Source of the DNA: Minisyncoccia bacterium | GTDB taxonomy: Bacteria; Patescibacteriota; Minisyncoccia; SW-4-49-11 | NCBI GenBank assembly: GCA_044356325.1 | Contig: JBIKWJ010000002.1 | Span: 24,602 to 88,601 of the forward strand | Reading direction: 5' to 3' | Length of the DNA stretch: 64,000 nt | Shown: in pieces, positions 1-8,261 of the stretch | Position numbering within the stretch: the stretch's first letter is position 1 | Layout of the letters: every line of letters begins with the position of its first letter | The notes under the pieces: model-generated | What the model was told of the DNA's origin: nothing | The model's database searches: none | The model's input: only the letters and a program-made list of their open reading frames with translations | Program-made: the position numbers and the translations under genes

Positions 1-342
1 ACTCTACACATCTATATTGAAAGCCTGCTCAAATTATATGCCCCTATTTTGCCATTTATTACTGAAGAATTATATCAGGGATTATATTCTGATACCCAAT
101 ATAAGAGTATACATAATTCAGTTTGGCCACAATCACAGCCTGAATTTAATCTCAGCGATACTGAGCAAGCTCTGATGACAGATATACTATCCATAGTAGA
201 AGCTGTGAGAGCCTATAAGTCACAGAACAGCATATCTCTCGGTAAAGAAATCGAAAGCTTTACATACACCTCTACTCAGGATTTAAGCCCTTATGAAATA
301 TTCCTCACAAAAGCCCTCCGAGTCGGTAAATTGGTAAAATAA
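1..342 (+). CDS. valS: C-terminal fragment of a class Ia aminoacyl-tRNA synthetase, most likely valyl-tRNA synthetase (5' end outside window)
   Basis: Frame 1 is open from base 1. The translation LHIYIESLLKLYAPILPFITEELYQ matches the conserved anticodon-binding region (PFITEE[IL]WQ) of ValS/IleS-type enzymes. ORF continues to stop at 342. Confidence 0.55.
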   Translation, partial: TLHIYIESLLKLYAPILPFITEELYQGLYSDTQYKSIHNSVWPQSQPEFNLSDTEQALMTDILSIVEAVRAYKSQNSISLGKEIESFTYTSTQDLSPYEIFLTKALRVGKLVK

Positions 343-384
343 TATTTAGGAGCTTTTGAAATTCCCCCCTCCTCAAAAAGCAAA

Positions 385-3300
385 TTGTATTATATAATCA
401 ATGTAATGACAATACAGCAGTATATAGACAATCTCAATCAAAGATACAAGCTAGGCAATGCCACCGAGCATACTTTCCGTGGAGATTTACAACAATTATT
501 AGAAAGCCTAGTGCCCGACATCCGAGCTACCAATGAGCCTAAAAGACAAAGTTGTGGTGCCCCAGATTATATACTCACCAAAAGAGATATCCCCGTTGGA
601 TTTATCGAAGCTAAAGATATCGGTGATAAAGACCTAGATGGCCTCAAAAAAACAGGTAACAAAGAACAATTTGACCGCTACAAAGACTCCCTAGACAATC
701 TCATATTCACCGATTATATCAATTTTCACCTTTACCGAGACGGTGAACTCATCACCAAAATCAGCATAGCCCAGATAACCGAAAAAGGTCTACAGCCCAT
801 ACCCGAGAATTTCTCCATATTTAGCAATCTCATCCGAGAATTCAGCACTCATATTGGACAGAATATCAAAAGTAGCAAAAAACTCGCCGAGATGATGGCA
901 GGTAAAGCAAGACTACTCTCCGATATAATCGCCAAAGCCCTCCTAAGCGATGAAGACAATCAAGAAAATAGTACCCTCAGAGAGCAAATGCTCGCTTTCA
1001 AAAAAATCCTAATCCACGATATCACCCCGCAAGGTTTTGCTGATGTCTATGCTCAGACCATAGCCTATGGGATGTTCGCTGCTAGACTGCACGATTCTAC
1101 CCTACCCACCTTTGGGAGACAAGAAGCCGCCGAACTCATACCCAAAACCAATCCTTTTTTACGAAAATTATTCGGATATATAGCTGGACCAGATATAGAT
1201 GACAGAATCAAATGGGTAGTAGATAGCCTAGCCGACATCTTCCAAGTCGCCAATGTAGACGAAATCCTACATAATTATGGAAAATCCACCAAAATGGAAG
1301 ACCCAATCATTCATTTTTATGAAAATTTCCTCAGCGAATATGACCCCAAACTCCGAAAAGCCCGAGGAGTCTGGTATACCCCACAGCCTGTGGTGAATTT
1401 TATAGTCCGAGCCGTAGACGATATACTCAAAACCGAATTTAATCTCACCCAAGGACTAGCCGACACCAGTAAAACCAATATAAATCTAAAAACTCAAACC
1501 ACCGACAATCGCACCGCCACTGGCTACAAAAGCATATCCAAAGAAGTTCACAAAGTCCAAATTCTAGACCCCGCCACCGGTACAGGAACTTTTCTTGCTG
1601 AAATAATCCGCCAAATCAATGCCAAATTCCAAGGACAGCAAGGTCTCTGGAGCGACTATGTAGATAATCATCTCCTACCCCGAGTCAATGGCTTTGAATT
1701 GCTAATGGCAAGCTATGCTATGGCACACTTAAAATTAGATTTATTATTAAGAGATACCGGCTACAAATCCAATACAGGACAGAGATTTCGAGTTTATCTT
1801 ACCAATAGCCTTGAGGAAAGCCATCCCGACACTGGCACCTTCTTTGCTAGCTGGCTCAGCACCGAAGCCAATGAAGCCAATCATATCAAAAGAGACACCC
1901 CCGTAATGTGTATAATCGGCAATCCACCGTATAGTGTTAGTAGTAATAACAAAGGAAGTTGGATTCAAAATCTAATTATGGATTATAAAAAAGATCTAGA
2001 CGAAAAAAACATTCAGCCATTATCAGATGATTACATAAAATTCATTCGTTATGGACAGTATTATATAGACAAAAACGGTAGTGGTATACTAGCATATATA
2101 TCTAATAATAGCTTTGTTGACGGAATTATTCATAAATCAATGCGAAAAAATCTATTAGAGAGTTTTGATAAAATTTATATTTTAGACTTACACGGTAATA
2201 GCAAGAAAAAAGAAATATCCCCCGACGGTAGCCCCGATGTCAATGTCTTTGATATTCAACAAGGAGTCTCAATAAATTTCTTCATCAAAACAGGAGCCAA
2301 AAAGCCTAATGACTTAGGTAAAATCTATCATTATGACCTATATGGTAAAAGAGAATCTAAATATAATTTCCTCCAAGACAATAATCTTGCCAATATAGAA
2401 TTCCAAGAATTACAACCAAAAGAACCAAATTATTTCTTTGTAAGTAAAGATTTTGAAGGAGAATCTATTTATAAAAAATATATTGATTTAAGAACTTTGT
2501 TTATTAAAAATTCTATTGGAATTGTAACTGGAAAAGATGATGAATTAGTAAGTTTTGATAAAAATATTATTCAAGATAAATTTCAAAGTTATAATAAATT
2601 TTATTATAGACCTTTTGATATTAGGTATACAATTTTTGATAATAATATTTTACAAAGGGCAAGATACAATGTTATGCAGCACTATAATTGGGGTGAAAAT
2701 TTAGGTTTAAATATAAGTAGACAATCTAAATCAAAAGGAATTGAATGTTTAATTTCAAAAAACATTACCTGCAAACATTTAATTACTGGTGAAACTTATA
2801 ATTTCCCACTTTATCTCTATCCAGAAGATCAGAATTCTGAATTTTTACAAGACAAAGCACACACTTCGACAAGCTCAGTGCAAGGTCGAACTCCAAATCT
2901 AAATACAGAAATTATAAAGCAAATTGCAGATAATTTAAGTTTGAATTTTACTAAAGAAAAAGAAACAACCAAAGACACCTTTGCCCCGATAGATATATTA
3001 GATTATATTTATGCAGTGCTACATTCCCCTACTTATAGAGATAAGTATAAAGAGTTTTTGAAAATTGACTTCCCTCGAGTACCATATCCTCAAGATATAG
3101 CTAAATTCTGGCAATTAGTCGCTCTCGGCTCTCAACTTAGAGCCCTACATCTCCTAGAAAGCCCAATTCTAGAGACATATATCACCCAATACCCAATCGA
3201 CGGTGACAATACCATCACCAATATCCAAGTAGAACCCTGTCCTCCTTCGCCTGCCTGCGGCAGGCAGGGAGGGGGAAGCCTGAAAGGCGGAGGTGGATTG

Positions 3301-3816
3301 AGCTTAGACTCTCAAACTCAACCTGAAACCTATCCACCCTCCCCCGTCGCAAATGAGATTTACTCCTGTGAAACCTCACGGTTTCCCAACCTTCCTCCAC
3401 GGGAAAACTACCGTTTTCCCGACCCCTTTCCCAGACCTTCGGTCTATATCGGGGACTCCCTCCAAAGGGAGACAGAAAACTCAAACAAACTGTCCTCCCT
3501 TGGGGGAGATGCCCGCAGGGCGGAGGAGAACTGCCCTAAAAATTCCCCTCTTGAGGGGTGGCAGGCTTCGCCTGACGGGGTGAATAAAGACACACTCAGA
3601 ATTTACATCAACCCCACCCAATACTTTGACAAAGTCCCTAAAGTCGCTTGGGAATTCTATATCGGAGGCTATCAACCAGCTCAAAAATGGCTCAAAGATA
3701 GAAAAAACAGACAACTCAACTTTGAGGATATATTACATTATCAAAAAATTATAATCGCCCTCACCAATACCCATCATCTAATGCAACAAATCAACCACAT
3801 AAATATCGAGGAGTAA
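385..3816 (+). CDS. Large single-polypeptide Type IIG/IIL-like restriction-modification enzyme: N-terminal PD-(D/E)xK nuclease-like domain plus gamma-class N6-adenine DNA methyltransferase
   Basis: N-terminal motif APDYIL...GFIEAKDIG (PD..EAK). SAM-binding motif ILDPATGTGTFLAE. Catalytic motif CIIGNPPYSV (NPPY). Conserved C-terminal FYIGGYQPAQKWLKDRKNRQL typical of YeeA/MmeI-like methyltransferases. About 116 aa of repeat-derived low-complexity sequence is inserted in frame near the C terminus. The start may instead be the ATG at 406. Confidence 0.75.
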   Translation: MYYIINVMTIQQYIDNLNQRYKLGNATEHTFRGDLQQLLESLVPDIRATNEPKRQSCGAPDYILTKRDIPVGFIEAKDIGDKDLDGLKKTGNKEQFDRYKDSLDNLIFTDYINFHLYRDGELITKISIAQITEKGLQPIPENFSIFSNLIREFSTHIGQNIKSSKKLAEMMAGKARLLSDIIAKALLSDEDNQENSTLREQMLAFKKILIHDITPQGFADVYAQTIAYGMFAARLHDSTLPTFGRQEAAELIPKTNPFLRKLFGYIAGPDIDDRIKWVVDSLADIFQVANVDEILHNYGKSTKMEDPIIHFYENFLSEYDPKLRKARGVWYTPQPVVNFIVRAVDDILKTEFNLTQGLADTSKTNINLKTQTTDNRTATGYKSISKEVHKVQILDPATGTGTFLAEIIRQINAKFQGQQGLWSDYVDNHLLPRVNGFELLMASYAMAHLKLDLLLRDTGYKSNTGQRFRVYLTNSLEESHPDTGTFFASWLSTEANEANHIKRDTPVMCIIGNPPYSVSSNNKGSWIQNLIMDYKKDLDEKNIQPLSDDYIKFIRYGQYYIDKNGSGILAYISNNSFVDGIIHKSMRKNLLESFDKIYILDLHGNSKKKEISPDGSPDVNVFDIQQGVSINFFIKTGAKKPNDLGKIYHYDLYGKRESKYNFLQDNNLANIEFQELQPKEPNYFFVSKDFEGESIYKKYIDLRTLFIKNSIGIVTGKDDELVSFDKNIIQDKFQSYNKFYYRPFDIRYTIFDNNILQRARYNVMQHYNWGENLGLNISRQSKSKGIECLISKNITCKHLITGETYNFPLYLYPEDQNSEFLQDKAHTSTSSVQGRTPNLNTEIIKQIADNLSLNFTKEKETTKDTFAPIDILDYIYAVLHSPTYRDKYKEFLKIDFPRVPYPQDIAKFWQLVALGSQLRALHLLESPILETYITQYPIDGDNTITNIQVEPCPPSPACGRQGGGSLKGGGGLSLDSQTQPETYPPSPVANEIYSCETSRFPNLPPRENYRFPDPFPRPSVYIGDSLQRETENSNKLSSLGGDARRAEENCPKNSPLEGWQASPDGVNKDTLRIYINPTQYFDKVPKVAWEFYIGGYQPAQKWLKDRKNRQLNFEDILHYQKIIIALTNTHHLMQQINHINIEE
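3238..3595. repeat. GC-rich mosaic hairpin repeat element (copy A), lying inside the RM gene ORF
   Basis: Positions 3238-3478 are about 98% identical to 4317-4558. The 3' part carries the aaaaattcccctcttgaggggtggcaggcttcgcctgacggggtg module shared with other loci. Confidence 0.85.
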
Positions 3817-3890
3817 TAATCCCCCTTAAAAAGAAAATCTCCTCCCAATCAAGCGACGGGAGGAGAAAAAATTGAACTGAAGGAAAGCTA

Positions 3891-4223
3891 CTAGAAAGGA
3901 GTCGGTCTAGATATAAGGAACTTGGTATTTCTTGTATCTTGGGCTGTTGGGGTATTCTGAGCAAGTATTGAACAGGCTTGCTCGAGTACAGGGTACTGAA
4001 CGAACAAGTTGTTTAGCATTTGAACGCTTTGATCCCCCATGGCACTCACGTGCCTAAAAATGTTGATGACTTGATCATATAAATTCTTACCATCGTTAAC
4101 TGAGTTAGATATAATGTAACTCTCGTAAGACCTAGATATTGCGAGAACTAAATTAATGATTTCCATCTCAAACACCAATGCGAAGAACATTATTTTTATA
4201 TCATATACTATTGTATTATGCAA
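3891..4223 (-). CDS. Hypothetical protein (110 aa)
   Basis: ORF with AT-rich codon usage typical of the window, followed by an inverted-repeat terminator-like hairpin at 3845-3880 (ctcctccc...gggaggag). No recognisable motifs. Confidence 0.3.
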   Translation of the reverse strand: MHNTIVYDIKIMFFALVFEMEIINLVLAISRSYESYIISNSVNDGKNLYDQVINIFRHVSAMGDQSVQMLNNLFVQYPVLEQACSILAQNTPTAQDTRNTKFLISRPTPF

Positions 4224-4235
4224 GTAGATAATTCC

Positions 4236-4668
4236 TGTGGGGGCGACCTTTCAGTCGCCTGTGTTTCCACCCCGTCCAGCAAAGCTGTCCACCCCTCAAG
4301 AGGGGAATAGTTACTTTGTCCTCCTTCGCCTGCCTGCGGTAGGCAGGGAGGGGGAAGCCTGCAAGGCGGAGGTGGATTGAGCTTAGACTCTCAAGCTCAA
4401 CCTGAAACCTATCCACCCTCCCCCGTCGCAAATGAGATTTACTCCTGTGAAACCTCACGGTTTCCCAACCTTCCTCCACGGGAAAACTACCGTTTTCCCG
4501 ACCCCTTTCCCAGACCTTCGGTCTATATCGGGGACTCCCTCCAAAGGGAGACAGAAAGACAATCCTATTCTGTCAGCAGTAAGGAGACAAAAAGCCCAAA
4601 AAATCTGTCCTCCTTCGGAGGAGGTGGTACCTCCTATACCTTTGTTTAGGAGGTACCGGAGGTGGATA
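4236..4668. repeat. GC-rich mosaic hairpin repeat cluster (copy B plus flanking modules)
   Basis: Contains the ggcgacctttcagtcgcc hairpin, the tccaccccgtc...cccctcaagaggggaat hairpin, a 242-bp near-identical copy of 3238-3478, and ctcc/ggag hairpins. Overlapping ORFs (4216..4479, 4377..4649, 4432..4671, 4455..4769) are artefacts of the repeat. Confidence 0.85.
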
Positions 4669-4731
4669 TAAAATGATAGAAAAATGAAAAAGTACCGTCT
4701 CTGTGAAACGGCACTATGTTTTTGAGACAAA

Positions 4732-4802
4732 TCGGGATGGATGGATTCGAACCACCGGCCCCTTGCCAAAGCAAGTGCGCTACCAAGCTGCGCTACATCC
4801 CG
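4732..4802 (-). tRNA. tRNA-Pro(UGG)-like gene with an aberrantly short anticodon loop (possible pseudo-tRNA)
   Basis: The reverse complement folds as acceptor CGGGATG/CATCCCG, D arm GCGC-AGCTTGGTA-GCGC, T arm GGTGG-TTCGAAT-CCATC and variable loop GGGCC. The anticodon arm is CTTGC-TTTG-GCAAG, which is a 4-nt loop instead of 7. Total length is 71 nt. Confidence 0.45.
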
Positions 4803-4808
4803 ATAAAA

Positions 4809-4880
4809 CGCGAAGAGTCGGATTTGAACCCACGACCTTCCACTTAAGTAGTGGATGCTCTACCGCTGAGCTATCTTCGC
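4809..4880 (-). tRNA. tRNA-Lys(CUU)
   Basis: The reverse complement GCGAAGATAGCTCAGCGGTAGAGCATCCACTACTTAAGTGGAAGGTCGTGGGTTCAAATCCGACTCTTCGC gives a perfect 7-bp acceptor, D arm GCTC/GAGC, anticodon arm TCCAC-TACTTAA-GTGGA (anticodon CUU), and a T arm with TTCAAAT loop (one G:G mismatch in the T stem). No CCA encoded. Confidence 0.8.
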
Positions 4881-4980
4881 ATAAACCGTATATGATTATA
4901 CGTACTTTATAGAATTTGTCAAGAGCTGGGAGAATAATTTCAAGCATAATATATAGCAAATTATGAGTTTTATACTTCGT

Positions 4981-5011
4981 GAAAAGAAAAATCCCCAATC
5001 GTATTGGGGAT
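4981..5011 (-). terminator. Rho-independent terminator for the 5042..5876 unit
   Basis: On the minus strand, hairpin atcccca-atacga-tggggat is followed by tttttcttttc. Confidence 0.55.
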
Positions 5012-5041
5012 TATGAGACTTATAAAACTTTAATTATTCCT

Positions 5042-5497
5042 TCACCTCTCCAAATATTGGTGCACGTGTAATGGTATAATTATGCCATAAAAAGCTGGGC
5101 CACCGTCTATAGTGGCAAGACTTCCTCCAACTAAATTAAAGTGATGTCTTTGTATAATGGATAACAACTCTTTTAACTCCACCCCCAAAAATTCTCTCTG
5201 AGATAATAATTGGTCATGTATTGCCAGCCACTCATCAGTACTTAGATGAACCAGCTCTGGATTGGAGTTAAAAAGCCCCAAGATCCAAGAAATTATAACC
5301 TTAATCATGAGATCTTCTTGCGAATTGCTCAATATATATATCATATAATCTATTATTTGTGAATAGGGAGCAATAGTATCTGCTGAGATAAAATATCTTG
5401 TCATCTCTTTTTGACTGCTATATATAATATTTATAAAAAAATACCCCTGCCGAAACAGGGGGTGATGTGAATCAAGTAGGGGTTTACCCAACATCAT
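5042..5497 (-). CDS. Hypothetical protein (151 aa)
   Basis: ORF followed by a terminator. Overlaps the upstream ORF by 14 nt in another frame. Confidence 0.4.
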   Translation of the reverse strand: MMLGKPLLDSHHPLFRQGYFFINIIYSSQKEMTRYFISADTIAPYSQIIDYMIYILSNSQEDLMIKVIISWILGLFNSNPELVHLSTDEWLAIHDQLLSQREFLGVELKELLSIIQRHHFNLVGGSLATIDGGPAFYGIIIPLHVHQYLER

Positions 5498-5876
5498 CTT
5501 GAAATCTCTCAGGAAGAAGCATCCGTGGACCTCCTGCTTGTACTTGGCTCAATTCCCCCTCACTGAGGGGTTGTAAGTAGAGCAAATCGCATATCAGCGC
5601 GAATTGTTGCTTGGTAATTCTGACAGGGTACGGAAGTCCTTCTTCACCCATCTCACGGGAGATCTGAGCCTCATTCTCGAGCTCTACCTTAACAAGGAGG
5701 AGAGCTTCAAGGGCGTCAAAGATATTTCGACAATGTCTCAATTTTTCAAGATCAAGATGTATAGGCCAACACACCGCGAGTTCCTCCTGAAGCAGAGGAA
5801 TGGCCCGAAGCCACTCCTCAGGCCTCAGGCAATAAGGTGAGGTGAACATTTTTCTGATAGCTGAGAAAAGTCCCAT
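5484..5876 (-). CDS. Hypothetical protein (130 aa), compositionally atypical (GC about 50%)
   Basis: Long ORF in a locally GC-rich segment next to two tRNA genes. No recognisable motifs. Confidence 0.35.
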   Translation of the reverse strand: MGLFSAIRKMFTSPYCLRPEEWLRAIPLLQEELAVCWPIHLDLEKLRHCRNIFDALEALLLVKVELENEAQISREMGEEGLPYPVRITKQQFALICDLLYLQPLSEGELSQVQAGGPRMLLPERFQDDVG

Positions 5877-5921
5877 AATAGAAGAATTGCAAATGTGCCT
5901 CCTATATATAGCACATAATTA

Positions 5922-6686
5922 CTATTTTGTCAATATTAACTGACTCCTTATACACCCCAAATATACTATACCCCCTATTATCAGATACCAATATCCTAAC
6001 CACCCAGCTATACCGGTCCAGAATATCAGACTCCATATACCAGATAAGCTAAGCCAATAGGTAATATTTTTATCCAGACTTTTACGTTTTGGGAATAATA
6101 AATAAAATCCCCAAAAAGCTAATAAACTTGTCACCATCCATCCAAAGAAATTCATCAAAGGCACATTATAATACCATCCATCAATTTCCCAAATCCAAAA
6201 TCCTAAAGCAGTAGCCCCTGGATCAAGTATCAAATCAAAGGCTGTCATCAATACTGCTCCTAATATACTTTTTACCCATATTCCCTTTAGTCCCAATCTC
6301 TCTACCAATACCAAACTCAAGAAAAAAATTGGTGTCCAAGACAAACTCACTGTCCAAGGCACTAATCCAAAGAATTTAATATTCCCGAGAAACTCACCAT
6401 ATACAAAATTGCTATATGGCCAGCCCGTTATAATAGAGAATGATTCTATCAAGATTGGATATGAGAATATAATCAGAATTTTCCACCAAGATTTCCTCCA
6501 ATCCAGCCAAAGCCATAATCCATATATCAGAGGTATAGCGAGTAATACATTGGTAAGCTGTGAAATCGCTTGGAATATCACAAAATCAAAAGGTAAAGCC
6601 TCGGGATTAATACTAAAATACACGACAAAAAACCCGCTCAAAACCAAAATAATAGATGGTACAATTACTAATAATCTCTTTTGCAT
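5922..6686 (-). CDS. Trp-rich polytopic membrane protein, possibly carotenoid-biosynthesis-protein family (CruF / lycopene-cyclase-domain-like)
   Basis: 254 aa with about 7 hydrophobic helices and many Trp residues. Positioned next to a UbiA prenyltransferase and a CrtI-family desaturase. Family assignment is from context and not verified. Confidence 0.35.
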   Translation of the reverse strand: MQKRLLVIVPSIILVLSGFFVVYFSINPEALPFDFVIFQAISQLTNVLLAIPLIYGLWLWLDWRKSWWKILIIFSYPILIESFSIITGWPYSNFVYGEFLGNIKFFGLVPWTVSLSWTPIFFLSLVLVERLGLKGIWVKSILGAVLMTAFDLILDPGATALGFWIWEIDGWYYNVPLMNFFGWMVTSLLAFWGFYLLFPKRKSLDKNITYWLSLSGIWSLIFWTGIAGWLGYWYLIIGGIVYLGCIRSQLILTK

Positions 6687-6720
6687 ATGATATACTATAT
6701 ACTATATTACATTATATCAT

Positions 6721-7560
6721 ATGAGTATTGCTAAATTATTTCGTATTTCCCGCCCCCGCTTTTGGATATATCTCCTCGGCCCCTATCTTATTGGGAGTAT
6801 ACTTGCTTTTGAGCCTACTCAACTTATATTACAATGGCAATTTTGGCTTGGATTTGTATATTTTACTTTTCCTGCCAATCTCCTTATATATGGAGTAAAT
6901 GATATTTTTGATTATGAAACTGACAAATTAAACCCCAAAAAAATAGAATATGAAACTCTCGTCACCCCAAAAGAGCGAATAAGACTTTGGCTTTTTATTC
7001 TCGCTACTAATACCCCATTTATATTCGCCCTATATCTCATAAACTCCCTCACTAGTATGGGAATATTAGGCTTTTTATTCCTTGGCATACAATATTCTAG
7101 TATCCCTATTCGCGCCAAGTCTCGACCATTCCTAGACTCCCTATTCAATATATTATATATATTCCCGGGCATTATTGGATATAGTTTATTTAGTCTATCC
7201 CTCAATTTGGATTATAGGCTTCTCATCAGTGCTGGACTATGGACAATGGCTATGCACACCTATTCCGCCATACCAGATATTGAGGCTGACAGGGCGAGTC
7301 AAACCCCTACTATTGCGACAGTACTGGGCTCAAAATTAACCCTCATTTATTGTTTTATTTGTTATACTTTGGCTGGGATTTTGTTAGCACAATTTAACCT
7401 TATACTCGGAATTGGAATAGCTATTATATATGGCTTTATGATAGGACTTAGCTATAATCAGAATTCCGCTCGAATATTCAAATTATATACCTATTTCCCC
7501 CTGCTTAATGGCATTATTGGATTTATTTTATTTTGGAGTATTGTGATTTGGTATAGGTAA
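6721..7560 (+). CDS. UbiA-family aromatic/isoprenoid prenyltransferase (lycopene-elongase-like candidate)
   Basis: Contains YGVNDIFDYETD, matching the UbiA NDxxDxxxD motif. 279 aa with about 8 TM helices. Confidence 0.6.
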   Translation: MSIAKLFRISRPRFWIYLLGPYLIGSILAFEPTQLILQWQFWLGFVYFTFPANLLIYGVNDIFDYETDKLNPKKIEYETLVTPKERIRLWLFILATNTPFIFALYLINSLTSMGILGFLFLGIQYSSIPIRAKSRPFLDSLFNILYIFPGIIGYSLFSLSLNLDYRLLISAGLWTMAMHTYSAIPDIEADRASQTPTIATVLGSKLTLIYCFICYTLAGILLAQFNLILGIGIAIIYGFMIGLSYNQNSARIFKLYTYFPLLNGIIGFILFWSIVIWYR

Positions 7561-7575
7561 AGTTTTTACAACCTC

Positions 7576-7604
7576 TTGACAAATTTTGAGAAATGTGGTA
7601 TATA
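7576..7604 (+). promoter_or_regulatory. Sigma70-like promoter (TTGACA, 17 nt spacer, TGgTATATA extended -10)
   Basis: cTTGACAaattttgagaaatgTGgTATATA, with no ORF downstream. Confidence 0.45.
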
Positions 7605-7610
7605 TAATAA

Positions 7611-7739
7611 GTATTGAGTTTAAAGAAAGATTAACCACCTTGGAACATTACCTTAATGTTCATCTGGTCTTCCTAAACCAATACACCTTATAAAGTTCCC
7701 CCCGCATACTCCCCGGTTAAGGCCGGGGTCTTTTTTTTG
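7611..7739 (+). ncRNA. Candidate small RNA (about 130 nt), promoter-to-terminator unit without an ORF
   Basis: Bounded by the promoter above and a strong terminator. Internal hairpin gaacatt-acctt-aatgttc. The 5' gtattg pairs with caatac at 7667-7672. Confidence 0.3.
7711..7739 (+). terminator. Rho-independent terminator
   Basis: ccccgg-ttaagg-ccgggg followed by tcttttttttg. Confidence 0.7.
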
Positions 7740-7799
7740 CCAAATTATTATATTATAAATCTATCGAGGGCTTTTGTCCCCGCTATACATTGTTTAGGA

Positions 7800-8260
7800 G
7801 GGGGCCGATCTTTGTTCTAAAAATTCCCCTCAAGAGGGGTGGATTCCTGCTATGTTTACATAACAGGGAGACGGGGTGGAGTGTTTGAGAGCTATTTATT
7901 AATGATTTATTCCACCCCGTCAGGCAAGCCTGCCACCCCTCAAGAGGGGAATTTAGCTCAATCCACCTCCGACCTAAAGGTCACCCACCTCCTAAATAAA
8001 TATAGGAGGGACTTAAAGCTCCTCCAAAGGAGGACAGAATAACTGTCCCTCGCTGGCGAGGGTGGCACGGAGTGCCGGGTGTGGACAAAATTTATAATTC
8101 ATAATTTCAAATTATTCCACCCCGTCAGGCAAATAGTAATCCACCCTCCCCCTACGGGTACTCCCTCCAAAGGGAGACAAATAGAGAGAGGGTTAATTTG
8201 TCTTAAAATTCCCCTCTTGAGGGGTGGCAGGCTTTGCCTGACGGGGTGGATTGAATACTC
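7800..8260. repeat. GC-rich mosaic hairpin repeat cluster
   Basis: Contains the modules attcccctcaagaggggtgg, tccaccccgtcaggcaagcctgccacccctcaagaggggaat, cctccaaaggaggacag, gtccctcgctggcgagggtggcacggagtgccgggtgtggaca, ctccctccaaagggagaca and attcccctcttgaggggtggcaggctttgcctgacggggtgga. ORFs 7839..8042 and 8079..8507 are artefacts. Confidence 0.85.
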
Positions 8261-8261
8261 T

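Noticed and set aside
1065-3714. Short antisense and alternative-frame ORFs inside the RM gene (1065..1253, 1267..1452, 1747..1968 and others), and similar ones inside uvrA, polA, pnp, mutL, xseA and GT2
   Set aside because: They are embedded in long, well-supported genes on the opposite strand or in another frame. They have no motifs and are typical six-frame noise.
3215-4769. Multiple 60-110 aa ORFs (3215..3484, 3353..3583, 3481..3714, 4216..4479, 4377..4649, 4432..4671, 4455..4769) with near-identical translations
   Set aside because: They lie wholly inside the GC-rich hairpin repeat copies, on both strands. Their identical peptides reflect DNA repeat identity, not conserved proteins.
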